A stretch of 64,000 nucleotides of DNA from Eledone cirrhosa (GCA_964016885.1 OZ024740.1:178250001-178314000); one strand, 5' to 3'; shown: positions 25,790-41,227, numbered from the stretch's first letter. Numbers and translations are program-made. Notes: generated by a model from the sequence alone, not told the origin.

Positions 25790-26404
25790 TATATGACATA
25801 ATCAACGACTCACATGCGAAGGTTTTTGAGAATTATTTCTCACTAGATATGAAGAATGCTGGAAATTGATCTTAGAATTAATCCTTTCGAATTAATATAA
25901 GATCATGAGTTCTAAGAAAAAGCAATCGTCACTGAAAGAGAAATGCCAGCTACATTACCATATAAAGTTAGCCTCAATAAAACACTTTATTATTGCTGTT
26001 AAAAGCCGAGATATTAACATTAAATAAGTGTGGCGTGATCTGTAACATGCTATCCGGTAATGTGGTAGTTAGAGTTTCGAAGCCCGTAGAAGAGTCTGAT
26101 GTCTTTTTTTCTTAGTGGGGAGGTGGACAAATACATAAAGTTTTGGATAAAAAACGGTGCGTTATTTGGTTACACCCGATATGTTTTGAATTTAAATTAC
26201 CACCTTGTTCCACTCTGCCCTTCCCTTTCCCCAGGACCATAAAATAAGAACTGTAGTTGATATTATCTACTGAATCTCAAAACATGGCAGTCCAGTGAAG
26301 TTAGAGTACGTCGATTGAAACCAGTCAATAATAGACTGAGAAAAAATAAACACACACATACACACACACACACACATACACACACACATATATATAGATA
26401 CATA

Positions 26405-26740
26405 CCGTATTTGATGACCTATTAGACGCCCTTTAGTATAAGACGCTCCCTGGTTTTACCAGGATATTTTGAGAGAAAATAATTTTAGTACATTTCTTTA
26501 TAAATGTATTAAAAATTATTTCTTTTCAGAATCTCTTACATAAGTTCGAAATCATTTTGCTTGTATCAATTGTATTGTATTACTGCATTTGTAATACTAA
26601 CAATAATACAAACAAAAGTTTTTTTAAACTATGATTGTCCTCACCCTCCCATCTCGGCCTTTCACTGGTGATACAGGCGTATTAGTCGCAGGGAGGATTT
26701 TTTGTTTTGAAAATGTGCGTCTATTAGGCCACAAACACGG
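26405..26740. mobile_element. Tc1/mariner (Tc2/pogo-like) MITE
   Basis: TA|ccgtatttgatgacctattagacgc ... gcgtctattaggccacaaacacgg|TA, i.e. imperfect TIRs with TA target duplication. Confidence 0.8.
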
Positions 26741-27523
26741 TATATAAATATACGCACACACACACACACACACATATATATACATATATATATAAAACAA
26801 TGATGGTAGGACATAGTGCGTTGTAGGCATTTAAACACGGATGAGCCCATTACTTACCAAGTATGAATACAACCGATTGCTTCCAGAGAGAGAGTGGGCG
26901 CCAATAGAGTAATGGAATGGTACTTCTCATGTATAAGTAGGTGAAGAAGAAGAAGAAGAAAAAGAAGAAGAAGAAGAAGAAGACCAAAATACAAAGAGCC
27001 CGAACGAATATCGCAGATTATTTGATTCAATGTTTTAACGACTCTACCAAACACGTCGCCTATCTCATTGTATATAAATATTAATTTAATCTGTTCTTTG
27101 CATGTTCGGGCGATAATGCATGGCACGTTTCAGTATTATTAGACTTCATCTGCGAAGCGTAGATTTCTTCATACTTTTCAGACTTGTGCTAGGAGAAACA
27201 CAATGAAATTCATAAAAATTATCTCAATGACTAATAGAAATTATCCAGAGATGCTATCCGCACCGGAATTAACGGTCAAGTTAGTGCTATTATAAAGAAG
27301 GAATTAGGGAAAAATTCTAATTAATTAAGAATACGTATCATATGCAACTACGATCAAAGTAAATTATTATTAGTCGTTGATCTAATGAATTTTTTTTTCT
27401 CCACAGAGCATAGCTTTTATTAATTATTCATATTTTTTCTCGCTATAATAAATGACACAAAGCAGGCAATCAAACGACGTCTCTTTTTTAATCTATCTAT
27501 CTAACTATCTTCCTTACCACATT

Positions 27524-27612
<89 letters not shown>

Positions 27613-27981
27613 CTTCATAACTACATCTCTATCTATCCAGCCCACTATATTTCTACCTATCTGTTTATCTGCCAATCTCTCTACCTAATTATTTCACTTA
27701 TTCATTTACCTTCTCTCTCCATCACACACCGTTTCTCTCTACACCGTTTTTGTAAATGGTTCTATCTTCTCCATTCTCTAGGCAATTGTGTCTCGCCATC
27801 AATTTATTCCCTTTGTCTTCCTCTCCTCTATGATTTAAGACACTTACACATACACACGCACACAAGTATACACGTAGAGACATATACTGATATAAACACA
27901 CACTAAAACATACAGTAACAAGTACCCTACACACGTTCACATGCGTACGCATACATACGCACACACACTTACACACACAAC

Positions 27982-28012
<31 letters not shown>

Positions 28013-28269
28013 TATATATATACACAGAATCATACATGCACATTAACTCACAATTAAATAAAAACTCACACAATACATTTTATAATATAAAAATATAGGA
28101 TGGGCTTTTAAAGCTGAAACTTTTAATACAACTGTTTATGACGTGAACGTCTTATTTTATTACATCTCATAGGATGAAAGGCTGCATTGAAAGATACAAT
28201 CTGCATGAGTGAAATTTTCTTGAAATGTACATTTAGGGTATGTCTTTTGTATCTTAGTGAAAGCGCTAG

Positions 28270-29037
28270 TCTAGTTGTTGGAGTGTAGCGCTCACAATTA
28301 TACAATTCTAGTTTCAATTCACAGACTGGGTGGCGAATTATGCACTTGAACAAAGCCCTTCTTTTAACGTTGCTTCAGCTTATTTAACTGAAAAGGAATA
28401 ACAGCGGCAGCTGGGTTTCAGCCATCCTATAGACCGACGTCTCGTCCAGTACCCTCAGTTTCTTAATACCCACGAAACTAAGAAAAACTCCCGCCTTCAT
28501 TTAACTCGTGCAGCATGGACGATCGGGCGTAAAAACGATGACACACTCTTATCTTTTGAAATAGATTAAATTAATATATGATGAAGTTCAGGCATGGCTA
28601 CGGGCATAAGAAGTTAGTTTCTCAGTTACGTGGTTTTAGGTTCAATCGCACGGTATAACTGCTTTCAATTTTTGGACTACAACCATGTTGCCATGTAGCC
28701 TACAAATTTTGAGGGCTTTTTTCCAATATTTGAAAGGGGATATCACCTGGTCCTTTGCTGCCTTTAAGTAAACCCCTCTGTTTCCAGCTTTCGGGTCATG
28801 TCTCCGATTCGAAGCTACCTTACTCTTCCTCACCCCTTTCCAGTAACCTTAGAGCCCCTGAAACGAGCCATGAATAAAAAAAATGAAAAATGCCCTTCTT
28901 CGCTGGTTAAATAGTAATATATGATAAAAATATCAATCAATCATGTTCCCGCAACTGGTGCAGCAAGAAGGGCTTTGTTCAAGAGCACAATGCACCACCC
29001 AGTCAGTGAATTGAAACTAGATTTTGAGTGCCACTCT
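28270..29037. mobile_element. Two inverted diverged SINE family 2 fragments (about 28270-28400 plus, 28965-29037 minus)
   Basis: ctagtttcaattcacagactgggtgg...cttgaacaaagcccttc and its reverse complement. Confidence 0.6.
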
Positions 29038-30979
29038 AGATAAAAATATACCACGAAGCAAATATGTATAATGATGGTATTCTTGCATTAAATGTTCGAA
29101 CTAACTTAATGATTATTTTCCATGCCGACAACGTTTTCAATTATTTATTTTCTTGTACTTATGCAGGAAATCTTGGTGTCGTATGATCTCAGGACAAAAG
29201 GAGACAAAACCAGAGATTAGTCTGGTAATCTATGATATTGCGCTGTTCCAGTACATAGCATATTATATACGATAAAATAAAAAAAAATAAATGTTTGAAA
29301 TATTTCTTATACAACTCAAAATCTACAGTTTATAGCCAGAACTATCATACATTTCTGAAATACGAACAATAAGGATTCATTCAAGTCTTGTCACATTAAT
29401 AAATTTGAGGGCTTCTGATTTTTTTTACTCTTGTTAACTAATTAAATTATGTTTTACTTTCTTTACCATTGAAGTTTTCAGTGTTTTCAAGTTTGGTGTT
29501 AAGAGTTGTTTACTTCCTTTGATATTTCAATAGCAGTTTTACTTTTTCATCGTAAACAACTCTTGCTGAAGCTTCAACATATGGTTATGATTTTATTTGA
29601 TATCTTAGAAATATTTCGTTATTAATATTAATATTATTATTTTCACTAGTAATCATATTTTTATTGCGTGCGTTTGCTTTCACCGAACAATCAAATGTAG
29701 CTCTGTGAACCTTCGGTATATGCAGTGTTTTCATATGGTTTCTCTATTTTCTCTATGATGTGTATGTGTCAGATTCCTCGAGGTTTAGCTATGTATTTGT
29801 CTGAAGTTTTTAATCATTTCCAAGGCATATTATTATAATGATTGTCTGTCATTTAAATACTTGCATCCTGGTTTTCCTCAGTAGATATCTTTATAGTTTT
29901 ATGGTTTCTTGACCACCTTTAGAAATATATTGTTTATAGGGGCTGAAGCTTCATAAAAAAGTACTTTAATTCTCCAGGGCGTATTGTCAATAATATCCGG
30001 TCGACTATCTCGAAATTACTTTCTGCCTTGAGTAGAAAATCTCAGAGGATGATGGCTCTCTAAAGCATGTTGGCTGTCTAATTTTATACCAGCTATTTTG
30101 TGTCAGTGTTTTATGATACTGCCATAATTCTAGCGTATGTAAACCGCAAATCTGAATGTCTCTAGGTGTATTCTCCTTTCACCGACACTGAGACAATGTG
30201 TTTAATTCTTTCTTCCCAACATCCACATATTCTTCATATGAACTTTACATCCCTGTATTCGTGGTACATACAATATTTCTATATTAGATTTTGGCGGTGT
30301 ATTCTAAATGCAGCCACCGATGTTCCTTCTTTTAGCTCTTCACCTGTTAATGTTTAGCGTCTTGTTGAGAATATTATGACCGTAACTTATTGCACGGATA
30401 ACTATTACCTTATTCTTCGCAGTTGATTCTGCATTGAATATTATTCTAATGCTTCTATAATATCATTTTCCTAACCCCTCCTTCCATTTGTGTGTATGTG
30501 AGCGTGTGTGTGTGTTGTATTCTGTCTAATTCATTACTGCTATGGTATTCTAGCAAATCTGTACAGCGTTTTTATTTTTGTGTTGGACTTAATTCTCTCA
30601 TAAGGCACTATAATCTCCACAACACTATACCAATGATTTTGAAATTAAACGATGCAGAGAACATAACAAGCATGAGATGGGAGCACTAGCATATCCGAAG
30701 TACACAAACTCTACCCCAATGAAATACTCCACAGCATTTCAATACCATATCAAACATTCCAAATCATCTCCTATTGATCAACCTCAAAGCAGACTCGTCC
30801 CCAGACAAACGAAGAAAAGATCGGTTGTCAACAACATAACGTGGGCAGTCATACATTAGGCCATGTCTTCAACTCTGTCACCAATCGCCTATCAAATCTG
30901 GCTACCAACTAGACCAACAACAACGTAATTAACCTTAAAGCAGAACCATCCGTTTAATAGAACAGAAGTCCTCAAAAAT

Positions 30980-31167
30980 GATTGTTTCAAATTTTGACAC
31001 AAGGCCAGCAATTACCCAGTACATTACTGGTACTTTATTTTATCGACCCCGTAAGGATGAAAGGCAAAGTTAACCTCGACGGGATTTGAACTCAGACCGT
31101 AAAGGGACGTAACTATGCTAGAAAGCATGGCGTGCAACCCTCTACCGATACTGCCAATTCACCCGCC
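30980..31167 (-). mobile_element. SINE family 1
   Basis: Full-length match to other copies. Confidence 0.9.
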
Positions 31168-31871
31168 CTGAAGTACTCAAAAACAATACGATGACGTGAT
31201 TAATGTTGAAGCACAAACATCTGATACTTGTTAAAAATTAAAATCCTATTCAAAATATTACCAATCACGTGACACTAGTTCTTAACAGCACAACAAATCT
31301 AAAGACGCCGAGCACGTTTGGGTACTCCAATTATAGTTAAAATTCCAATTTCCATTATTAAATCATCTGTAATGAAATGTCATATGCGATAGATCGTCGG
31401 ATACGGTGCTTTATAGTATTCGTTACGGCTCTCTACTCTCTGAGTTCAAATCCCGCCGAAGTCAACTTTGCCTTTCTTTTTTTCGAGGTCGTTTAAAAAG
31501 GCACCAGTGTAGTACTGGGTAGATTCTTACTCTGTAATTCTTTCTTAATTCTTCTTTTGAAAACATTTGGTGCTTTAAAACCTGAGTAGGGATGGGTTCC
31601 GCCAGGCTTAAAATGCCCAAGAAACACCGTATGCCATTATGGCCCCCCTTCGATACAATCAAGACATATGGGACCATGCATACAATGAGTATAGTCGACT
31701 GCACAATGTCTTTAGTTATCAGTTTCCCACCAGACAGTTATAGCATAAACTTGACAGTTCTAACACAGGTGCATAAGGAGTACTTTGTGGTTTCGTATGG
31801 AAATTCAAACACACACACACACACACACACACTCATATTTCGACATTATGGTTTTGAAATTCCAGTTTTCT

Positions 31872-31981
31872 TCTTCTTTTACTACTTTTACTGCTGCTGC
31901 TACTACTAATAGAAGTACTGCAACTACTGCTAAAACTGCAGCTGTTGTTGCTGCTACTGCTGCCCTCTACTACTACTGCTG

Positions 31982-32056
<75 letters not shown>
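31872..32056. repeat. (TAC)n/(TGC)n microsatellite
   Basis: Directly visible. Confidence 0.95.
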
Positions 32057-32057
<1 letters not shown>

Positions 32058-32489
32058 ACAATCGTCTGCGACAAGAATTTCAATAATATCATAGTTATGA
32101 ACAAGCATCAACCATATTCTTGTGTTCGTACATACATTGATTCTTTATATTTTGCCCTTAAAAAATATTGTGCATTATTCAGTCGTTATTCTCTGTTTAA
32201 ATGAAATGCATTTTCATAATGTTGCCTTTTAGACGAAATAGTATAAGACAGGACAGCTGCAACAGCAGATCAAAGAGAATCTGAAGTGCTGCTTGTATAT
32301 TGAATGAACAGATACAAAATATGGCACTTAGTGTGTGAATGGCAACAGACGATGGTTCTCTCTCAGGCTATGTAAAACGATGTAATTAAACAGAAGATAA
32401 CTCAATACAGCAAAGCAGCAATGAATCAATTGCAACGAGATTGTTTGATGTTAAGATTAGATGGGTATTCCGAGAAATCGGAATATTAA

Positions 32490-32682
32490 TAATGGTTTCT
32501 GATTTAAGCACAAGCCCAACAATTTCAACGGCCCAGTTGGTTACTGGTACTTTATTTTACCGACCCTGTAAGGATGAAAAGCAAAACTAACCTCCATGGG
32601 ATTTGAACTCTGAACGTAAAGAGCCGACACTATATGCCGCAAAGCATGATGCCCGACGCTCTACAGATACTGGCAATCCAAC
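32490..32682 (-). mobile_element. SINE family 1, diverged
   Basis: actggtactttattttaccgaccctgtaaggatgaaa...gggatttgaactc. Confidence 0.85.
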
Positions 32683-33065
32683 GAAGAATAATTGTATCAC
32701 TCCTTGCTGAAAATATGATGGAGAGATGTGTAATGCATGTAATACATTATAGTGTAATAAAATAAGAAATGGAAAGAGGCGTACAGATGGAAGTCAGGTA
32801 ATTGAATGCGATATAGTTTTAGGTTTCAAAGAAATATAATTTAAACATAAAAACATAAAAGTATTCCATGAAACATGTATGTATGCAATGGACAAAAAAA
32901 AAAAAAAAAGAATAGACGAGAGCGACACAAAAAAAACAAAGGACCTGTGGGAAACACAAAGGATCTGCGGGAAACACAGTGCTACACTGTACTGGAAGTA
33001 TGTCATTATACAAATAAATTACAGAGAAGTTCGTAGGTTTTAATATTAGATTTGGCAACTCTCAA

Positions 33066-33150
<85 letters not shown>

Positions 33151-33160
33151 TACACATACA

Positions 33161-33203
<43 letters not shown>

Positions 33204-33230
33204 GTGGTTACACAACAGTTAGTTCACAAA

Positions 33231-33270
33231 CCGAGAACAATTGTTTCACCTTCGCGGATCTTCAGCTCGG
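33231..33270 (-). ncRNA. Minimal type I hammerhead in PLE pLTR (second copy 35535-35574 has U4C)
   Basis: CCGAG-CUGAAGA-(U)CC GCGAA GG(U)-GAAA-CAAUUG-UU-CUCGG. Confidence 0.8.
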
Positions 33271-34374
33271 GATGTGTATGGTTATAGGAACAGGAAGGAC
33301 AACCGTACGAACGCGCATGCGCAGAAACTCGGTCACTTCACACAGACAATACTAGACTGCGTGCGGGAGGTGTAGGGGAGATAACTGCGAAAGTCCGGAA
33401 AGTTTTTAGGTTGAAAATAAAATTGAAAAAAAATGAAAAATAAAAATAAAATTGCAAAGAATCAGTCCGGAGCCCTGTAGTTATCCAATAGATGTTTGGT
33501 GACGTGTGGACAACGTGTGAAAAATTCACTTCTCGTGTTTAGGCAATCACAATTGCGTAATCTCTTTAGGATAGTTATTCGTTCGTCAATACATAAGCCA
33601 CACGTCGGATTTCCCCTTGCGCATGGCTTGGACTTAGAGATGGCTTTCCATTGAATGGAGTAGCCTATACTTGAGTCCTTGAGGGACCATATGTGGCTCG
33701 CGAGTTTCGTGGATGAACGTCTGTCCGGGTATCTGAAGGTAGACTGGTGGTTCAGGTAACGCTCTTTGAAGTTAAATATCAAAACTGCTGTTGTTGTTGA
33801 ATTTAGCCTAACGTCAGTCATAATTTGACAGGCATGTGATTGCAGGCATTCCAGCCATGCCTATCGCAGTTTCTTCTTATATACTGGGAACCCAGGATAA
33901 TATCAACCCATGCATTTTTCTAAGGCTTTTGGTGTAATTTGATGAAGATTTGACCGATATTTCTAGTAGATCACACAAATATGCAGATATTCACACAGAC
34001 ATCAACGGGGATTGAACGTAAAAGACACACGATAACAGTATTTTTTTCATTCTCATGTTATATTTACGCTCGCCAGCAGATTTGCACAACAGGGAGTATT
34101 TATTTATATGTAACCGTGTATATGTGCGCGTTTGTACATGGACGGCTGTGTGTATGTACAGATGTGTGTGTGTGTTTAAATTTCTTTTATTTTCATAACA
34201 AAAGATTAAGTTAATTCTCATTTATCATAATATTTCAAAATCTTTGTTAATGTCAAAACCTCAAACACCTCTCTGACTTTTACGCCGTATGTTAATTTAT
34301 TATACAGTTCAGAATTAAATTGGATTATAGAGTCTCATTCACTTCATTGTCATTAATTTGATTCTCAATATATG

Positions 34375-34410
<36 letters not shown>

Positions 34411-34556
34411 AAGAGTGAGAGAGAGAGAGAGAGTAGAAATTGTGCACGTATCACAAAAATCTCAATTTTTAATATATATCTACGTCTATCTTCCGATAGG
34501 TTCGTTAACATATTTATATATTTCATCTCCCAACCAGTAGGTTCGTACTAGAATAT

Positions 34557-34990
34557 CTTCTTCTTCTTCTTCTTCTTCTTCTTCTTCTTCTTCTTCTTCT
34601 TCTTCTTCTTCTTCTTCGCCCACTTATACCTGAGATGGTCGTGGGGGCAGAGACCTCAAACACCCCTTCCAGCGGGTCCTGCCAGAAGCAACCGTCTCCA
34701 ACTGATCTTGTTGTGTTGGATGCCCAAGTGAGACCAGCCAAGCTCATGGGTGCTATCCAAACATCGTGGTTGGCGTCTACCCCAGTGTCCCCTGCCGGTT
34801 GGTTTTTTCCCGTAAAATATGTCCATCGATTCTTGAGACATTCTAAGGACATGCCCATAGTATTGGAGCTGTGATGACTCAATTCGCAGAAGTAGCGGCT
34901 CTACTTGGAGTGACTCTTTGATCTCCGAGCTATGCACTCTGTCGAGTAACGTTACTCCAAAGACCCTTCGGAGGAACCCCATTTCGGCCG
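34557..34990 (-). mobile_element. RTE family B 3' end with (GAA)n tail
   Basis: MGFLRRVFGVTLLDRVHSSEIKESLQVEPLLLRIESSQLQYYGHVLRMSQE, (TTC)n at 34557-34617. Confidence 0.88.
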
Positions 34991-35381
34991 CTTGCCCTAT
35001 TCTCCGAAGAAATGTTTAAGAGACAGGATATGACTGATGTGGTTTTATTCCAACAAGTTAGTATTTTACCTAATGTGCAAATTTATATCTGTTAAAACTC
35101 TCTAATTAACTTAGTTCTGGTGGGGCTCAGTAATATACTGTTGGGTCTGTTTGTGAAGTCAGCCGTGTAGTCCTTCAGTGTGATGAAGACTTCACCAATT
35201 GCTAGGGGGTCCACTCACGTTGTGATAGATGTAGCTTCGTCATTTATATTATAGATGTCTACTTTGGCTTTCTGGCTCTTATTAGTGATGTTATGCAGGA
35301 TTATTGGATTATAAGTAGCTTTATCGAATTTAAACAGGAACTTCGTCTTATCACACAAAACGAGAACGTTATTAGAAGATG

Positions 35382-35439
<58 letters not shown>

Positions 35440-37119
35440 GGTGGAACACTGGAAGGTAATATCCGTATTGGTAGAGCACTCAGTCCAAGGGACGAGTTAG
35501 GTAGAAGTGGTTACACAACAGTTAGTTCACCATACCGAGAACAACTGTTTCACCTTAGCGGATCTTCGGCTCGGGATGTGTATGGTTATAGGAACAGGAA
35601 GGACAACCGTACGAACGCGCATGCGCAGAAACTCGGTCACTTCACACTGGCAATACTAGACTGCGTGCGGGAGATGTAAAACTATATAGGCTTAGCGTTA
35701 TTCAATATTCCTATGCTTCTTAAACGTTTGGATTCAAATTGCATTGCCCTATGTACTGTACATGCACTTTTTTGATGAGTTGTGGTGCACCTGGGCACTG
35801 TACACAATACTTTCATTATTATTATTATTAAATCTATTCGGAATTGACATAAGTATCGTTGAAAATAAAGTATCGTTGATTATATAAAGGGCAGCAAAGG
35901 ATGCGGCCTCAAAATTGCGTAAAAAAGAATGATCCTGAAAGATGCGCTGAAGCCAAATTCAAATTGTTCGGTAAATGTAATATAAGGGTAAATTCATATT
36001 ATGTAATTGGGGTGCTCTGCAAATGTAAACAGACAAATAAGTACATATTACGTGAATGAACACAATCAATGTAAACGAGACATTTTATTCATATAGAGAA
36101 TTTTTCAGAATTTTTAAATATATGCTTCCTTTCTATTCCGTCGTTTTTTTCCTTTCCTCTCTTTATTTTCATTTTTGTTTTTCAAAATAATTTTGTCCTT
36201 TTTATCGGATTGGTAATTTCCTATGAAAATGAACCATATGAAATCGTCGTCAGATCACAGAAAGTTAATTTGTTCAATTTCCAAGGGATATACGCTATTA
36301 GTTTTTATGCCAGTTGCACACATGTGCCGATACACGATAAACATGAGAAAAAAAGAAACATCACAGTCTTTAGAATTAAAGGAATTACAGGGAACTTCTT
36401 AGTTTAATCAAGTTCTACCTCTTAAACTAGGCTGTAAATACTTTAAAATATCAGCCTACAACTAGTTATTAATGTTCATGCTGTTTAAGAATTTTGAAAC
36501 TAGTAAGAATGGATTGATAGGATTTATATAATTGTGATAGTATCTATCTGTGCGTGTGGGTGGGGGAGTGTATACATATATATGACGATGAATGCCAAAA
36601 CTGGTAGAGCAGAGACAATAACTCTTTCATGTTTCATCAGGTATCTCGGAGTTGAGTTCAAATGATATCCAATACTTACTTTAAAAGAGACACTACATCT
36701 GAAGGTGTCATCTCAAAATAATTGACACATATAATGGTCGTAGCAGTCCGACGTTATCTGAAAGTGGGGTACATGGTGTATATTTTATTTAGGTCACAGA
36801 AGTTGCTGGGATCTCAAAAACTGTTTGCATATATTGAATAATAGCTTTAACACTTTGATGGGGTTCCTAAAGGAGTTTTGTACATTCTGATAAAAGTCTC
36901 TCACAGAGAAAGTCCTGAACGCTCTATTCAATTACATATGTACGTAGTGGAGTATTGTGATTGACCAGGTATTGGTTTATGACGAACATTTTCATACGTA
37001 TAATAAATAATGCTATGGCATACCATAAGCCCTTAATTCATGATGGTATCATAGGAACGCCGTGGTGATATACAGAGTGTTTTAGGTATTCCGAAATTCC
37101 TCATTTTCTTTATCTTTTT

Positions 37120-37305
37120 GCTTTTTCTTCTTGCTGAGAGAAGCGTGGGGATGAGTCCTCAAGCATTCTTTCCAGTGGATCTTGTCAGAAGCAACCGTCT
37201 CCAATTGATCCGGCTGGATCCCCAAGCATGACCAACTGAGCACATGGATTTCATACAACCAAATTGCCCATGGTTTCCTACCTGTTGGTTTTTTCCCGTA
37301 AAATT
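37120..37305 (-). mobile_element. RTE family B short 3' fragment
   Basis: cagaagcaaccgtctccaa and ttggttttttcccgtaaaat shared with the 34.7-kb copy. Confidence 0.7.
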
Positions 37306-37745
37306 AGTATATAATACTACTTTACAAAATGGAACAAAAGTAAATATATACGTTGATCTATCATGACTCCTCCTCGATAAAATTGTTTCTGTTTTACTAT
37401 ATCATCTATGATAAAGTCATGTGTTACTCAAGTAGAACTTTAAAACCATATATTTAATTTATTTGAATTGGATTCCTGACATAACGGCATCACAACTTTC
37501 CTCAACAATGGCGTTGATTTAGGGTAGAAATATTATAGTATTAGATTTAGAAACCTCTGTAATAACGAGCACTTAAACATCATTTATTGAAATTATTTTG
37601 AACTTGTTGGTAAGTTAACATCTTATGTACAGGAAACCTGAAAAGAAATCTATCTCACGGGGAGACTTACGCATTCCATTTCTCTCATTTACATTCTTAG
37701 TATCCCCACACAATTATATATGCACACACACATATATATATAGAT

Positions 37746-37853
<108 letters not shown>

Positions 37854-38049
37854 GAACATACGTATGTGTGCATGTTTGTGTTTTTTTGAGTTTTAGTTTA
37901 ATCTTTATATCACTATGTATTGAGAAATTACGCATATAATAAATTATATAATACATATAGACCTTCATTCAACTAAGCACAGTCAAACAGACACACACAT
38001 ACACATTCGCGTCCATGTATATATATATATATATACTCTCTCTCTCTCT

Positions 38050-38093
<44 letters not shown>

Positions 38094-38235
38094 TATGTAT
38101 ATACATCAGTGCTTCTCTCATAATTCGTGGAGTAGATGTATGCATGTATTTATATGCTTACATAAGAAAGTGTTTATTTATGTATTCAGTATATATATAT
38201 ATATATATATATATGTTTGTGTGAATGTATGTATA

Positions 38236-38294
<59 letters not shown>

Positions 38295-38981
38295 GTGTGT
38301 GTGTTTTTGTGCGTGTGTGCATGTGTCTATGTGTGTGTCTGTGTGTGTGTCTGTGTGTACGCATGTATATATTTATGTATGCCTGTATAAGAATGTGTGT
38401 GTCTGTGATACTATATAGGTGGATATAGAAACGCATGGGTATAGAAAAAAATCTAATAATGATGTAGTGTTGTAGGCGGAGTTCATCAGAAGCCAAGGCC
38501 TTCAGCCTGTGCTGACCTCTTCAGATCAATTATGACTTGTTTATCACAATGCTTAACTTAATACATGAATTTCTTTTTATCTTGTGTAATATCAGACAGT
38601 TTAGGGTCATTAGTTGTAGAAAAGAAGCAAAGATGCGGGTTGTACAGTCACTTCTTCCCAACCCAAGAGACAGAGAAATCAGAGATACTTTTCTATATAG
38701 CTCTATCTATCTTATAATTAACACTGACGATTCAAGAAAACACGAATCAAGAGCTGGTTAACTGTTAAAGTTGTTATTTATGAGATGTCAGAATTTGTAG
38801 AGTAATGTTTCACAACATTTCATGAGATATGTTCTTTCTATCTTTTTAAGCTCTTATTTCATATCCCGCCAAGGTTTACTATTTATCCTTCTGAGGTCGA
38901 TGAAAAAAGTACCAGAAGAATACTGGGGTGCACATACTAACCGCCCATAACGATTTTAGACCTTATTACATGTTAGAGAGA

Positions 38982-39071
<90 letters not shown>

Positions 39072-39419
39072 GTGGTTTTCTAGCAGAAGGGAGTATTATC
39101 CGATCTGTCTAGTGTATTATTGCATCACAATCTCTTGCCATGTATGGTGGCGTCAATCTATGTCGATTTGACTCGATGTTTTACAAAGGTAGCTACTAAA
39201 CTGTCACATAATATGTTGTAAATAACAGCAAAATATCCTCCTTGCCATATCCTATCATACAAAATAACGGATACGTTGGACAATCTAATGTCCATTATAC
39301 AGAATCACTGAATGACCATGAGTGACGCGCTTTTAATCAGAGGTCAATTCGATCAGAGTTGATCTAAGCTTGATCGACGGAGTTTGCACGAAACCAATGA
39401 AAGATCAAATCGATTCAGC

Positions 39420-40320
39420 TATAAATTACTCAAATGCCCCTCAAAACAGAAGCTCATCACCTGAGAAAGGGCTCATTGCAATATGAATTCCTATATATAC
39501 TATATAACGTTGCTGAGAATGTTTCATTGCGTAACGGTGGTATACACACCGTTTCGCAATGAAACATTCCCAGCATCGTTATGTAACTACCCTTGCGAAC
39601 AAGACCTGGAAACTGAGGGAAAGTAACCATCAATACACCCTGAAGTGGAAAAAATTATCGAACGCGCCCCCATATCGGAGTGGTATGAGAAGCTGTCGGT
39701 TATGTGACCTTGAGCTGTTCCACATTTTGAGTTCGAAGAATAAGTTACTCAACAATAAAATCGAAAGATCGATTTATTGTAACCATAGACTCAAAGAAAA
39801 GTTTTCGCATTACAAGTGCAAATCGAACCCTTAACCTCTTACTACCACCTGACAAACTGCATATACTTAGACTTTCTACCCTCTTATTGTATCTAACCCC
39901 TTTAATTACCCACAATAACCAATACCTATATCCCCCCTTCTCCTTCATTCATTTTCTATTTCTTTTCGTTTTCTTCCTTTCTTCTCTCCCATTTTTTACT
40001 ATCTTTTCTTCTTTCTCTTCCCATCTTCTTTATTTTTATTTTTATTTTTTATATATATATTTATCTCTCTATCTCTCCCCCCTCTCTCTCCATCCCTTCC
40101 ACTATAAACAATTTAATTCTCTTTAACTCCCTACACTGTAAATCGACGACATGAAGTCTACGAATCAAAACTGATCGAGGAATCCTTCCACTTCTACCCC
40201 TCCCTCCATCACGGTTTGTCACTCTACTTCCTAATTCTTCTACCCCTTCTCCTCTCTCTCTATACTACTCCGTTTGTCAATCTACTTTCTAATTCCTCTT
40301 CCTCTCTCTCTATACTAGTA
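39420..40320 (+). mobile_element. Penelope-like element 3' remnant (GIY-YIG C-terminus at 39559-39834)
   Basis: TTLANKTWKLRE..LKWK..PY..CRLCDLE..I..LLNNKIE..CNHR.K, homologous to the 33.5-33.8 kb ORF. Confidence 0.8.
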
Positions 40321-40525
40321 AATACAATTCCAAAAAAATGTTTTTCTATATATTAAGAACTTTTTAAGAGTAACCTATTCATTATTTTGAAAATTTGGAC
40401 GTGAACAACAATTATTATTGAGTGGCTGCTATTATAGCAATATAAGGTTGCACTTACCAATGAAACGGTCGTAAATACCTGGATAAAATCCTTTTTTTAA
40501 TGCTTACCTGTATTTTCTCTTTTAT

Positions 40526-40573
<48 letters not shown>

Positions 40574-41227
40574 CTACGAGTGGTCAGTATTTCTCGTAGT
40601 AGTCGACAAGGAATTTTTAGATGTACGTATATTCTTTTACTTGTTTCAGTCATTAGACTGAGTCCATGCTGGATCACTGCAACATGTTTCAAAAATAATC
40701 GAACGCCTATGATCCTGTTTGTTCAATCCACCAAATTTGAGGCTATGTAATAACAACAAATATAAATATAATATAAGCAATTAAATAATAGCAGAAACCA
40801 CAATCGGTAGAAATTCAGACAAAATATTTTTTGGCATTTGGTTGCGACCATTAATCTTCTGAGTTGAAATCCTATCTAGTAATGGAATTGCGCTTCATAG
40901 TTCTGAAGACTAATAAAATAATTACCAGTTAAAAATTATGTATATGTGTAAAGGAGGATCTCTACAATATAATTATTGGAATATGGGTGGTGGGGAATCA
41001 ATATGATTAAAGGTGTTAATCTTGAAACATGCCCCAGCATAGCTGTATTCAAATGATAGAGACTAATGAGAGTAACAGAAATAATTTTAGAAAATATAAA
41101 GTAAACGAAACATTAAAATAATGCCCAGAGAAAATCCCAAGGAAAAGAAAACAAAAACAAAAACAAAGGAAGTTTCCGTAAAAAAATATTTGGTGTTGAG
41201 ATTTTATTTTATTATTTTTATTTGCAA

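Larger units (their letters stand above)
33199..35678 (-). mobile_element. Fragmented Penelope-like element: two pLTR copies, GIY-YIG C-terminus and RT N-terminal fragment
   Basis: pLTR direct repeats 33199-33373 / 35502-35678. ORF 33462-33821 FKERYLNH..TKLASHIWSLK..IQWK..CGLCIDE..LNTRSE..CPH. 35000-35300 encodes NIT..INDEA..VFITLKDY..F.NRP..LLSP. Confidence 0.85.
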
